DNA of 64,000 nucleotides from Dyadobacter sp. (GTDB lineage Bacteria; Bacteroidota; Bacteroidia; Cytophagales; Spirosomataceae). A program made the position numbers and the translations under genes. Positions 20,469 to 29,234 of the stretch are shown piece by piece. The stretch is taken from the NCBI RefSeq assembly GCF_051859145.1, contig NZ_JBHYGF010000001.1:4032-68031 (forward strand), read 5' to 3'. Numbering within the stretch: the stretch's first letter is position 1; every line of letters starts with the position of its first letter. The notes beneath the pieces are model-generated. The model saw only the letters and a list, made by a program, of their open reading frames with translations, did not search any database and was not told where the DNA came from.

Positions 20469-20980
20469 TACTCCGTATTTTTGATTCGGTAAATACTCAA
20501 TTCGGTACTTTCACGAATACTATCGGGATCGTGTTCAAAAGGTATTTCTTGTAATAGTTTTATATAGTCAGCTGGCAAATTGTGTTCATTTGCACCAGCT
20601 AAGATATGTGCTAGGTACCAATTATATGGCATAAGGTTTGGGTTAATTGATTCATAATCAGCATAGTATACTAACGCTGCGATCTCTGCTTTGTCTACAA
20701 GTACTTTTACTGATTTTTGGTTATATCCATTTCCCAAACCTTCAGCTTTGTCCAGCTCTTTTTTTTCAGAATCATCTATTTCAAATATCACACCCCAAAC
20801 TTCATCTGTTGTAATTCCTGTTTCAAAACAATCAGCCTTTGCTGATCCATCTTTTTTACTAATCTTTTGAAGTCGAAGTTGATGCCCCATAACTTTTCCA
20901 ATAGCAGAGAACTGAGCTGATGGGACACGATCTTTCAACCTATTCGTTGACATATTTGAGCCGTAAGAGAAAATTAACAT
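20465..20980 (-). CDS. Gamma-glutamylcyclotransferase (GGCT/AIG2-like) family protein
   Basis: FSYGSNM, VWGVIFEI, LDKAEG (catalytic Glu position), PYNWY..IL.GA.EH.LP.DY. Confidence 0.85.
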   Translation of the reverse strand: MLIFSYGSNMSTNRLKDRVPSAQFSAIGKVMGHQLRLQKISKKDGSAKADCFETGITTDEVWGVIFEIDDSEKKELDKAEGLGNGYNQKSVKVLVDKAEIAALVYYADYESINPNLMPYNWYLAHILAGANEHNLPADYIKLLQEIPFEHDPDSIRESTELSIYRIKNTEY

Positions 20981-21024
20981 GGATATGTATTTCGATAAAA
21001 TGGATTCTTCTGAATTACTAAATC

Positions 21025-21522
21025 TTAAGAAACTTGGAACATTTCAACACAATCACCCATTGGGAACACAAAAACTTTAATGCTGGGAGTGATTAGAGAT
21101 GGATTTCCGCCCAAAATGAGCAGTATAGGCTCCGGACAATTGTATTTTTTGTCTCTTGCAATACTTTTCATTTGTCTTCTATCCTGATAACTTGGAGTCG
21201 GTGTTGCAAACGGGTGAAAGTGCCATTCACCTAAATAATAAGTTTTCGATTCTTTAAATCTTCGATCTAAAATTGTTCGTAAACCGATGACTCCTCTTTC
21301 AAACCAGGTTTTGCCTGCTTTTGAATCTGGCGGTGGTCCCGTTATTGAAGATACCACTGCGCCTTTCAGACTTTCTGAATATCGACCTATCATTATTCCG
21401 CCAGTTTCTTTATTTCCGGCCTTAGTACATTGATATTGAAGATCGGTAATGATTGTTTGGGTCAGCATAACACCGAACCTTCGATCCGACGACAAAAATT
21501 CCATGCTAATTCCGGATAACAT
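21025..21522 (-). CDS. cap3: JAB/MPN isopeptidase, CBASS Cap3
   Basis: ETGGIMIG and GEWHFHP...PSYQD JAMM motif; overlaps cap2. Confidence 0.9.
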   Translation of the reverse strand: MLSGISMEFLSSDRRFGVMLTQTIITDLQYQCTKAGNKETGGIMIGRYSESLKGAVVSSITGPPPDSKAGKTWFERGVIGLRTILDRRFKESKTYYLGEWHFHPFATPTPSYQDRRQMKSIARDKKYNCPEPILLILGGNPSLITPSIKVFVFPMGDCVEMFQVS

Positions 21523-23287
21523 CTATTCCCTGAAACATATCACCATCTGGAGTATTAAGTACAATAAATGTGCTTGATGAGTCGCTGCCTACATAATATG
21601 CTTCAATTAATTTTATCGCCGCGGTGCTCATCATCCAGACATCATCCACCCTTGCTGGGAAAAGCGGATGCCAGCAGCCAATGCCCTCTCGTGGCAAGCT
21701 ACTGTCGCCTACAATTTCAATCTCCTGCTCTAACCACGGAGAAAATTCCTTTTTAAATTCAAATTCGAGATTCTCAGCCCCTTGATATTGATAATGAAAT
21801 AATCTTTTTGCGTTTAAACCCAGTGATATTGATACAAATTTTTTATCCGATCCACTTATGTGATTCGACAAATAATGGAGTGCTTGATCATTACCCGTTG
21901 CATCTATGATCAGATCAAACTGTTGTAAATAACTTTTGTCGGAGTCAAGTATCTGCTCGATATTACTTCTATTGAAACTTACTCTCGTTTCTGGGAATAT
22001 GTCATTCAATCTTTTTGATAGTTCCTGAGCCTTGCATTGGTCGAGTGATTTCAATGTCAATGTGTGCCGACTCATATTACCAAGTTCCAATTTATCCTTA
22101 TCCATGATTGTTAAGTTTCGGCAAGTGCCTCTAATAAGACATTCCCCTATCACTGACCCTACTGCTCCCGCTCCAATAAGCAGCACCTTGGCTTGGGACA
22201 ATTTGTCAGAATATTTCCCTCTTGCACTGATCGAGCCTATATTGCCATTTTGGGAATCCATCCACTCAATTTTTTTGTTTTTGTGAAACGCTCTGTTTGC
22301 TAATTCTTGAGCTTCTTGACCTGGTCGAAAACCTTTTAATGTACCTTTTACTGGGAGTGAGATTGGCTGCCAATGAATTTGAAAGGGTTCTTCTCCAATC
22401 TTCTCTGGAACAGGAAATCCTAAAATCAAACAGTCTGCGGATTGTCTATACCCTTTGATAAATATATCAGTTATTATTTTTTGAAAATCAACATTGTGTT
22501 CATTTCCAATGTGATAAAGCCTTTCCCAAGTTGCAGGGGCTTCCCACGGACATGATACTGGGATAAAGTCAATTAGTAACCAAACTATGTTTTTAGACTT
22601 AGCTTTATGATTATTAATTGAGTCGTTCCAAGTGTTGGAGTATAAGACCTTTCCGCAAAAATCTTTAAAGACGGTAATAAAGAAGCTGCTTTTTCCAGGA
22701 TGGATAATAGCTTCCGCTTGGCCTGACTTTTTGTTCGTTGATATTAACTTCGAATAAGTCGCTTCATCTTCAGAGTAATAATATTTATCAGTAAACGAAA
22801 GCGGAAAGGAAGGAAGTTCAAAAAGTTGGCCATTCAAAGATAGCTGATCATTTATTGCTGCTTCCAACCACATCTTACAGCGATAGACATGCCAAAAAAG
22901 ACGTTCACTTGCCTCTGTTGGTTCTGAATTAAACCCTCTAAGTGAAAAAGATCCGAATGTAGTATTCAAGCATAAATCTCCGCTTCTCCACTTATTTTGA
23001 GTTTGAATATTATTATGATTCTGATGTTGAAATGTTAAGGCAATACCTTTTTCTTTAGCGGGGTAAGTGTGAATCTTGCCCCACGGATAGTTTTCAGGTA
23101 TGGTTGCATACCATTCTGTTGAATCAGGTATACTGTATGTGTTTGCTCCAGCTGAAATGTTCAACCGGAATTTTAAGATCCAACCTGCGCCAATTTCATC
23201 CCACACTAAATCTTCTAACAATTCGTATCCGGTAATTTCCTCCAGGTTTCTTCTGGCAAGCAGCAAGTCTTTGGTTGGGGCTATCAT
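21506..23287 (-). CDS. cap2: E2-E1 (ThiF) fusion, CBASS Cap2
   Basis: N-terminal E2-like region with GDLCL; C-terminal ThiF IGAGAVGS, IDATG and GCWHPLFP. Confidence 0.9.
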   Translation of the reverse strand: MIAPTKDLLLARRNLEEITGYELLEDLVWDEIGAGWILKFRLNISAGANTYSIPDSTEWYATIPENYPWGKIHTYPAKEKGIALTFQHQNHNNIQTQNKWRSGDLCLNTTFGSFSLRGFNSEPTEASERLFWHVYRCKMWLEAAINDQLSLNGQLFELPSFPLSFTDKYYYSEDEATYSKLISTNKKSGQAEAIIHPGKSSFFITVFKDFCGKVLYSNTWNDSINNHKAKSKNIVWLLIDFIPVSCPWEAPATWERLYHIGNEHNVDFQKIITDIFIKGYRQSADCLILGFPVPEKIGEEPFQIHWQPISLPVKGTLKGFRPGQEAQELANRAFHKNKKIEWMDSQNGNIGSISARGKYSDKLSQAKVLLIGAGAVGSVIGECLIRGTCRNLTIMDKDKLELGNMSRHTLTLKSLDQCKAQELSKRLNDIFPETRVSFNRSNIEQILDSDKSYLQQFDLIIDATGNDQALHYLSNHISGSDKKFVSISLGLNAKRLFHYQYQGAENLEFEFKKEFSPWLEQEIEIVGDSSLPREGIGCWHPLFPARVDDVWMMSTAAIKLIEAYYVGSDSSSTFIVLNTPDGDMFQGIDVIRN

Positions 23288-24406
23288 TTATGCAAATCTC
23301 CCTCCGGATGGCTCAGTAGGTCCGCTTCTTTCAGAATATCCCCCCTTAACCGAAGGTTCTGGCGCATCTGGAAAGGCTTTCCCAAAAAGAATTTTCCAAT
23401 ATTTCACCTTATCATAGGTGGTAGTTGCATCCAACGCTAATCTTGCCGTTTGCGCTGCATCTTTCACATAATCATAAAAAGCGTTGAAATCTTCTACAGA
23501 TACTCGCTTCCAAACATTGTGATCGGGCACGCCTCTATCTGAAAGAACTGGGACAATTTCCAATGAACGATAGGCAGCATACTTAGAAATAATTTTTTCA
23601 AAAGTTTCTGTAATGCCTTGCGCTACGGATGTGATATGATCAGGACAACAATCTCCAATCATGTGTTCGATGGGATACCCTTTCGGGTACTTTAAGTCTG
23701 TTAGTTTCAATACCCGCCACCATTTGATCGCCTTTACGACATTAATGTAGTGCAGGTTTGTTGATTTGTTTTTTTCTCTGGTCCATCGGATCTGTTCCAA
23801 AGGATCAGTTTCTACCCATTCATTTGCCTCACGATCTGGTATCCAAAGAGGTTCTAACTTCCAATCAGCCTGTTTACGAATGGACTCTAACAAGAAAAGA
23901 CTTCGTTGTTGTCCCTCTTTTGGTTCAATGTAATTTTCGACAAGTTTCCACTCCATATCATCTTCGAGCATCAAATTGGTTATAACACTGGCTGATCGTA
24001 ACCTTGACTGTTCAGCCTCAGAAGGAGCTGAGGTAACAACGATATCCAAGTCAACATAAGACAGCTCAATCCCAATTGAACGCCCCTGTATTTCGTATTT
24101 TCCTTTGTAATGTTTTTCAACAAATGGTATAAATTTCTTTATCGCTTCCTTGGGGTTCGTATTGTGGCGATCAATCTTTGTTACAACAATTACGTCTACG
24201 TCAGCGCGCTTACCGTTATTTGGCCGAGTTGCAGTAGAGCGCCGGTAACTTCCTTGCAAAAATGTACTTACAATAATTTTAGATAATTCCGGATCAGCGG
24301 CAAGTCTCTCACGGAGCGTCTTATGGCCTGTTTTTAGATCATCAATCTGAGAAGATGTGAGCCTAATATTCTTCAGGAAGTCATTGAAATAGGATGGAAT
24401 TGGCAT
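23288..24406 (-). CDS. cdnD: cGAS/DncV-like nucleotidyltransferase, CdnD-like
   Basis: FLQGSYRRSTATRP...ADVDVIVV and GRSIGIELSYVDLDIV strongly recall Enterobacter CdnD; C-terminus GGRFA. Confidence 0.88.
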   Translation of the reverse strand: MPIPSYFNDFLKNIRLTSSQIDDLKTGHKTLRERLAADPELSKIIVSTFLQGSYRRSTATRPNNGKRADVDVIVVTKIDRHNTNPKEAIKKFIPFVEKHYKGKYEIQGRSIGIELSYVDLDIVVTSAPSEAEQSRLRSASVITNLMLEDDMEWKLVENYIEPKEGQQRSLFLLESIRKQADWKLEPLWIPDREANEWVETDPLEQIRWTREKNKSTNLHYINVVKAIKWWRVLKLTDLKYPKGYPIEHMIGDCCPDHITSVAQGITETFEKIISKYAAYRSLEIVPVLSDRGVPDHNVWKRVSVEDFNAFYDYVKDAAQTARLALDATTTYDKVKYWKILFGKAFPDAPEPSVKGGYSERSGPTEPSGGRFA

Positions 24407-24411
24407 AATAT

Positions 24412-25935
24412 TTAGTTAGGGAATGTTAAAACTGGTTGATAATCACCCGCTTTTGTAGCGGGAAAGTTAAATTCATACAAAACAATGTTGCCCAATACGG
24501 CTGCGTATTGACCGAAGTAGAATGCGAAAGCGTTGGGGGCAGCCATAAATACGTGAATCTTACCACTGCGCTCATGGATTGTTCTCATATTCTGAATTTG
24601 CCTTGCAATGGTCTGGGCTACATTCAGGACATGAGTCCCGTCTTTAAGTGCTAAATGTGAAGGTCCTGGGTTTATTTTTGCGTCGATTATTCGTCCCACT
24701 GTCGGCAATTGTTCGGATACAAAAGATTCTACATCTATCAGGACGTCATGAGTTATACTGATAGCGAGTGCGATTTCATTTGCACTTGCATTCATTTGTT
24801 TTTGATCAAAGAGCACAGTATCCGTAGCAAACTGTTCTTCAAAATGAGGCTCCCAGAGTATTTTTGAATTTTTTGTTTTTTGAATTATAGATGCTTCCAC
24901 ACCCAATTTTGGGTTTAGAGAGTAGCCAACCGCAAAAGCAAGTGAAAGGTGTGTGTCCAGAGAAAAAGTAATTTTCTTTTCTTTTCCTGTTACGGTTTGT
25001 ATGAACGTTCTAAGATCGGGCAAAACATGACTTTGCCAAAGAAGAGAATCTTTTATTTTCCGGTCATTATAATGATGAGCTAAGCATAAGCAATCGATAT
25101 TTTCCTTTTCAAAGTTTTCCGTTCCAGCTAAAAAAGTTCTAATCCCAACTCGGTGAAAGTATTCCGGCGATTGTGGCGCGAATAGCCCTTCCTCTTTACA
25201 CAGTTGCCGAAAACGGTTTAGTGTAAATTCATTGCGATTTTGACCATGAAGTCTGGTAATAAGACCATCGTATTTATTTGAAACCTGAGTTTCAGGTATA
25301 GGGTACAAACCAGCAAGTTGCAAGCTGGGATTTATTATATCTAAAATATTATGGATATCGGAAAAATTTGATTTTATCCGGAGGGAAGACAAACAGTTGT
25401 AGAGCTCTTCATCCTTGTCAAATCCGAGATGTTCTCGCCAAAGTTTTCGCACCTTTCCCATTTCACTGTCATCAGTCTTTCCCTGCATAAGAACATCTAA
25501 ACGTATTTTGTCACCCACACCTAAGAGTTTTCCGATTACGTTATTAGAATCAATGCCCCATGTATTTACCAAAATATATCTGGCTTTTTGCGACGGTAGG
25601 GTCTTCAATTGCTGATTTTTTAGCTTTTGAAGTAGAGAAATGGACGTCGCACCGATAAATGCAGGATCTATCAGGGCTTCAACACTAAAGAAGTTACTCT
25701 TATCTACATGATGCTTGACCTGATAAAAATCGACGTCGACAAGGTCGCCCGTACTTTTATCTAAGATTGGTGGATCATAATTCACAACAACATCGTCGAA
25801 GCCTGTAACATTATTTGCTTCCCATACGATAGAAGCAATATTATTATCAGGTACTAACATCCTTGCCGCCTGCCACCAAAAGATGCTCTCTTGATAAAAT
25901 ATCCCTTGGGTAATTGCAATTATAGAATTCGCCAT
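24412..25935 (-). CDS. cap4: Endonuclease-SAVED CBASS effector, Cap4-like
   Basis: N-terminal GFDDVVV...DFYQVK nuclease motif; C-terminal SAVED with DTHLSLAFAVG and HVFMAAPNAFAFYFGQ. Confidence 0.9.
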   Translation of the reverse strand: MANSIIAITQGIFYQESIFWWQAARMLVPDNNIASIVWEANNVTGFDDVVVNYDPPILDKSTGDLVDVDFYQVKHHVDKSNFFSVEALIDPAFIGATSISLLQKLKNQQLKTLPSQKARYILVNTWGIDSNNVIGKLLGVGDKIRLDVLMQGKTDDSEMGKVRKLWREHLGFDKDEELYNCLSSLRIKSNFSDIHNILDIINPSLQLAGLYPIPETQVSNKYDGLITRLHGQNRNEFTLNRFRQLCKEEGLFAPQSPEYFHRVGIRTFLAGTENFEKENIDCLCLAHHYNDRKIKDSLLWQSHVLPDLRTFIQTVTGKEKKITFSLDTHLSLAFAVGYSLNPKLGVEASIIQKTKNSKILWEPHFEEQFATDTVLFDQKQMNASANEIALAISITHDVLIDVESFVSEQLPTVGRIIDAKINPGPSHLALKDGTHVLNVAQTIARQIQNMRTIHERSGKIHVFMAAPNAFAFYFGQYAAVLGNIVLYEFNFPATKAGDYQPVLTFPN

Positions 25936-26063
25936 AATTAGTAAACTTTCAACAAACTGTATAGATACAACAAAAATTTCGTTATATATTCGTCATGAAT
26001 GGAACATATTGCTATAATAATAGGTTCATTATGACGATTATTTCGTATTAAAAAGTACATTTT

Positions 26064-27398
26064 ATGTTGATTCGTTTCATTGCCGAAAACTTTCTGTCCT
26101 TCAACGAACGTACCGAGTTCAACATGCTGACCGGAGACCTTAGGCGTTTACCTGATCATGTCTACCGTTCCAATAAAATAGATATACTAAGAAGTGCAGT
26201 TATCTATGGAGCGAATGGAGCGGGAAAATCAAATTTGATTAACGCTATTAAGATTCTAAGTGAGATTGTCTCAGATGGGGTATTGTCGATTTCTTCTGAC
26301 GATACGTGTTTTAGGTTATCCGATCAAGGCGACCGCCCTTCAATGCTGGAAATTCATTTCATAACGGAAGGAGTGGCGTACAGTTATAGCTTAGCGTTTA
26401 TTAAAGACTTGATAATTAGGGAATCGCTAAATTTATTGAATTTTGGCAAAAAGGAAGATAGTCTCATATTTGACAGGACTATTAACAAGCAGGGAAAAGT
26501 TAATATCAAACTTGCACCTAAATACCTTAAAACACGTAAGGATAAGCTTCTGATACAAATTTATGAAGAAGACGTACTTGATCCGGAGATGACGTTCATT
26601 ACTCTTGTAAAGGAAAAGAAATATCAAGAGATAACATCGGCTTATAATTGGTTGGAAAGCGGATTATTAATCATCTTTCCGGGAATGCAGTACGGCGGTC
26701 TGGTAAGTAATTTTATAAATGACGAGGAATTTAAGGTCTTTACCAATGAGATTATCTCAGGATTTGATACAGGCGTTGACCAAATTGATATTCAAACAAT
26801 AGATTTTGAAGCTTTTTTTGGTGAGGACAATGCACTAGAAAAGGAAAAGGTATTGAGATCGATCAAAACAGGTGAAACTGAACGGGTTGGAGATAATAGA
26901 AATGCCTTAGCGATGATGGAAAATGGTAAACCGGTGGTTAAAAAGGCGGTTTCTTATCATTCAAGTTCAGCAGGAACAAAGGTTAAATTTGAACTGTTTG
27001 AGGAGTCAGATGGCACTCTGCGGCTTCTAGATTTTATCCCATTCCTTTATATGTTGGAGAAATACCCTGTTACTGTAATCGTTGATGAGATTGATCAAAG
27101 TATTCATCCCGTTATGCTCAAAGAATTAGTAACGAAGATTCAGAATAATCCGAAAAAGGTAGGACAGTTGATTTTTACCACGCATGAAGCAAATCTTCTT
27201 GATACTGATTTATTTCGCCAGGATGAAATTTGGTTTGTCGAAAAAAATAAAACTGGAGCAAGCCATTTCTATCAATTGCTTGAATTTGACACTCGTTCCG
27301 ATCTGGATATTCGAAAGGGGTATTTATCTGGTAAATTTGGTGCAATCCCTTTTCTTGGCAACATTAAAGACTTGCATTGGGCATCCGGGAATAATTAA
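26064..27398 (+). CDS. AAA_21/ABC-type ATPase (AbiLi/RloA-like)
   Basis: FIAENFLSF, Walker A GANGAGKSN, ESDGTLRL signature, Walker B IVDEID, FTTH, terminal GKFGAIP. Confidence 0.88.
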   Translation: MLIRFIAENFLSFNERTEFNMLTGDLRRLPDHVYRSNKIDILRSAVIYGANGAGKSNLINAIKILSEIVSDGVLSISSDDTCFRLSDQGDRPSMLEIHFITEGVAYSYSLAFIKDLIIRESLNLLNFGKKEDSLIFDRTINKQGKVNIKLAPKYLKTRKDKLLIQIYEEDVLDPEMTFITLVKEKKYQEITSAYNWLESGLLIIFPGMQYGGLVSNFINDEEFKVFTNEIISGFDTGVDQIDIQTIDFEAFFGEDNALEKEKVLRSIKTGETERVGDNRNALAMMENGKPVVKKAVSYHSSSAGTKVKFELFEESDGTLRLLDFIPFLYMLEKYPVTVIVDEIDQSIHPVMLKELVTKIQNNPKKVGQLIFTTHEANLLDTDLFRQDEIWFVEKNKTGASHFYQLLEFDTRSDLDIRKGYLSGKFGAIPFLGNIKDLHWASGNN

Positions 27399-27431
27399 CA
27401 ACTGGGTAATCTTTGGCACCACTAAGTGCCT

Positions 27432-27875
27432 CTATGTAAAATAATTATATATATAAATATCTTTTTTATCGTTGTACGATGCTAATTGAGAGGCAACTAG
27501 CTCATCCCAAAATCTAGTTGCTTCCGTGCTTCGAAACTCAGGATCATCAACCATCTCTCCCGGCTTATTGGAGCTCGAAGTGACTGCTTTATTAAACATT
27601 TCCTGTACATACGTAATCATTCTGGCTCCAATGCGCTTGCCTTTAAGGTGTATATGATCGTTATGGGCTAATTCAATGATACGAATACTTTCATTTAGCT
27701 CAATAACAGTGAATTGATACGAGCCTGCTTTAAGATTTGAATCAAAAATCTCAAAACAATGTTTCGGCCATACCCCTTCATCTGTTCCAAGCAGTGGTTT
27801 TTCCTTTAAGGAATATTCTACGTTAAACTTGTATTCTTCTCCATCACGCCCGATCGTGTATATCTGAGATTCCAT
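27432..27875 (-). CDS. Hypothetical protein, possible GNAT fold
   Basis: 147 aa; HLKGKRIGARMI resembles GNAT motif A and EATRFWDEL resembles the A..F(Y/W) motif B. Confidence 0.45.
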   Translation of the reverse strand: MESQIYTIGRDGEEYKFNVEYSLKEKPLLGTDEGVWPKHCFEIFDSNLKAGSYQFTVIELNESIRIIELAHNDHIHLKGKRIGARMITYVQEMFNKAVTSSSNKPGEMVDDPEFRSTEATRFWDELVASQLASYNDKKDIYIYNYFT

Positions 27876-27926
27876 AAGCGGTTCCTTTAGGTAGTTGCGG
27901 ATTATTATTCATTTTCTTAAAATTCC

Positions 27927-27972
27927 AAAAGCCCTCCCCCTCACTGACGAGATATCAATGAGGGAGAGGGCT
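27927..27972 (-). terminator. Intrinsic terminator downstream of the tRNA-like gene
   Basis: GCCCTCTCCCTCA...TGAGGGGGAGGGC stem (one mismatch) followed by TTTT on the minus strand. Confidence 0.7.
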
Positions 27973-27983
27973 AACACTATTTG

Positions 27984-28069
27984 TGCGGAGGAAGAGGGAT
28001 TCGAACCCTCAGACCTTTAACAGTCTACGGTATTTCAAGCCGCTGCCTTACCATTCGAGCCATTCCCAA
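27984..28069 (-). pseudogene. Degenerate tRNA-Ser(TGA)-like gene
   Basis: Perfect T-arm GAGGG-TTCGAAT-CCCTC, long variable arm AGAC..GTCT, 3' TTCCTCCGCA end, CTTGAAA in the anticodon region; acceptor stem pairs only 5 of 7 and the anticodon stem is shifted. Confidence 0.75.
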
Positions 28070-28102
28070 TAGAATCTTGATGTTCAGTTGGCAACAGATA
28101 TC

Positions 28103-28110
28103 CAAAGTTA
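28103..28110 (-). promoter_or_regulatory. Bacteroidota -7 promoter element (TAACTTTG)
   Basis: Exact TAnnTTTG match about 33 nt upstream of the tRNA-like sequence; no clear -33 TTTG. Confidence 0.45.
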
Positions 28111-28336
28111 AGGTTTTACTAAATATTTTAATAATTCTCTACTTGAATGATGTTAGAATATAGTCGAATTTTAAACTGACTCACCAAATAATATTTTGTT
28201 GTATAACAGAGATTATGTTCATGGCAGAGGTCATTTCCGACCTGCGGTGCAAGGTGATCGGGTAAGAACCCAGGACATATAATAATCTACTTTACCAATA
28301 ATGTGATTTTACTACCTGGCGAATATTGACCAGGTC

Positions 28337-28364
28337 AAGCTGCTCCAATTTGGGAGCAGCTTTT
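28337..28364 (+). terminator. Hairpin terminator
   Basis: AAGCTGCTCC-aatttg-GGAGCAGCTT followed by TT; may also stop the convergent SRAP transcript. Confidence 0.6.
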
Positions 28365-28398
28365 CATAATTCCACAACGTTTCAACTGTTTAGATTTA

Positions 28399-29232
28399 CT
28401 AAAAAAGTGATGGCTGCGCTGGTGGAGTGGGATTGTCCAATGCAACCAGCTCATCGTAAATAAATGGAACAGTGGGATCTTCGGCTTTTAAAAAGTCTTT
28501 TTGAACGCTACATGCTTCCATTAAGTCCTGGGGGAGCTGGAAAGTTGCAAGCTCGGTAATCCGGTCTTCCGGCAAGTCGTCCATCATCCATTCCCACGAT
28601 AAATTGTCGGGCAGTATGGTTGGCATTCTCTTCTTGGAATTGTGGATTTTTGCCATTAGTGGATTTGCCTCGGTAGTTACCAGACTTACCGTTTCAACTG
28701 TTTCACCAGTATCCTGATCTGTCCATGGTTGCCAGATACCTGCAACGTAAAAGTAAGGTTGGTCCTTCACACCAATATAATGAGGATATTTATCGGCTGT
28801 TTTTTTCTTCTCGCCGGTGCGTTTATTGACTCCGTACTCATGTCTCCATTCATAGAAACCTGAGGATAAGATAAGGCATCTGCGCTCAAGGGCGGCTTCA
28901 CGGTAAATTTTATCAGGGAACAAAAGCTCTTCCCCCTTGGCATTCTGGGTATCGTAACCCTTCTGCCAGGTTCCATCTTTTTTCTTATAGCCTTTCCTGA
29001 ACTTTTCAACCTGAGAGCGGTTCTTTACGTATTTAGGTAAAAAACCCCATTCCATCTGGACAATATCAAAGTTGTCGCGTGTGTATCGCGGTTTTAAGAC
29101 AGCGATGTTTCCAAATTCGAATGCATGCGTAACATTGCGGTTTAGAAATTCGTAATCTTTAACAGCTTTTTCGAGTTGCATTAACTGTATGAATTCGGCT
29201 TTTGTCACTTTTTGACCATTGTAATAGCACAT
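28399..29232 (-). CDS. SOS response-associated peptidase (SRAP/YedK/HMCES family)
   Basis: N-terminal MC (catalytic Cys2), RCLILSSGFYEW, AGIW, IHNSKKRMP. Confidence 0.93.
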   Translation of the reverse strand: MCYYNGQKVTKAEFIQLMQLEKAVKDYEFLNRNVTHAFEFGNIAVLKPRYTRDNFDIVQMEWGFLPKYVKNRSQVEKFRKGYKKKDGTWQKGYDTQNAKGEELLFPDKIYREAALERRCLILSSGFYEWRHEYGVNKRTGEKKKTADKYPHYIGVKDQPYFYVAGIWQPWTDQDTGETVETVSLVTTEANPLMAKIHNSKKRMPTILPDNLSWEWMMDDLPEDRITELATFQLPQDLMEACSVQKDFLKAEDPTVPFIYDELVALDNPTPPAQPSLF

Positions 29233-29234
29233 GC

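Larger units (their letters stand above)
21025..25935 (-). other. Type II CBASS anti-phage operon (cap4-cdnD-cap2-cap3)
   Basis: Four contiguous co-oriented genes with 0-5 nt gaps or overlaps. Confidence 0.92.

Noticed and set aside
27984-28069. Functional canonical tRNA-Ser
   Set aside because: The acceptor stem has two terminal mismatches and the anticodon stem register is shifted; kept as a pseudogene or tRNA-like element
27981-28163. 60-aa ORF in the track
   Set aside because: It is the antisense reading of the tRNA-like sequence
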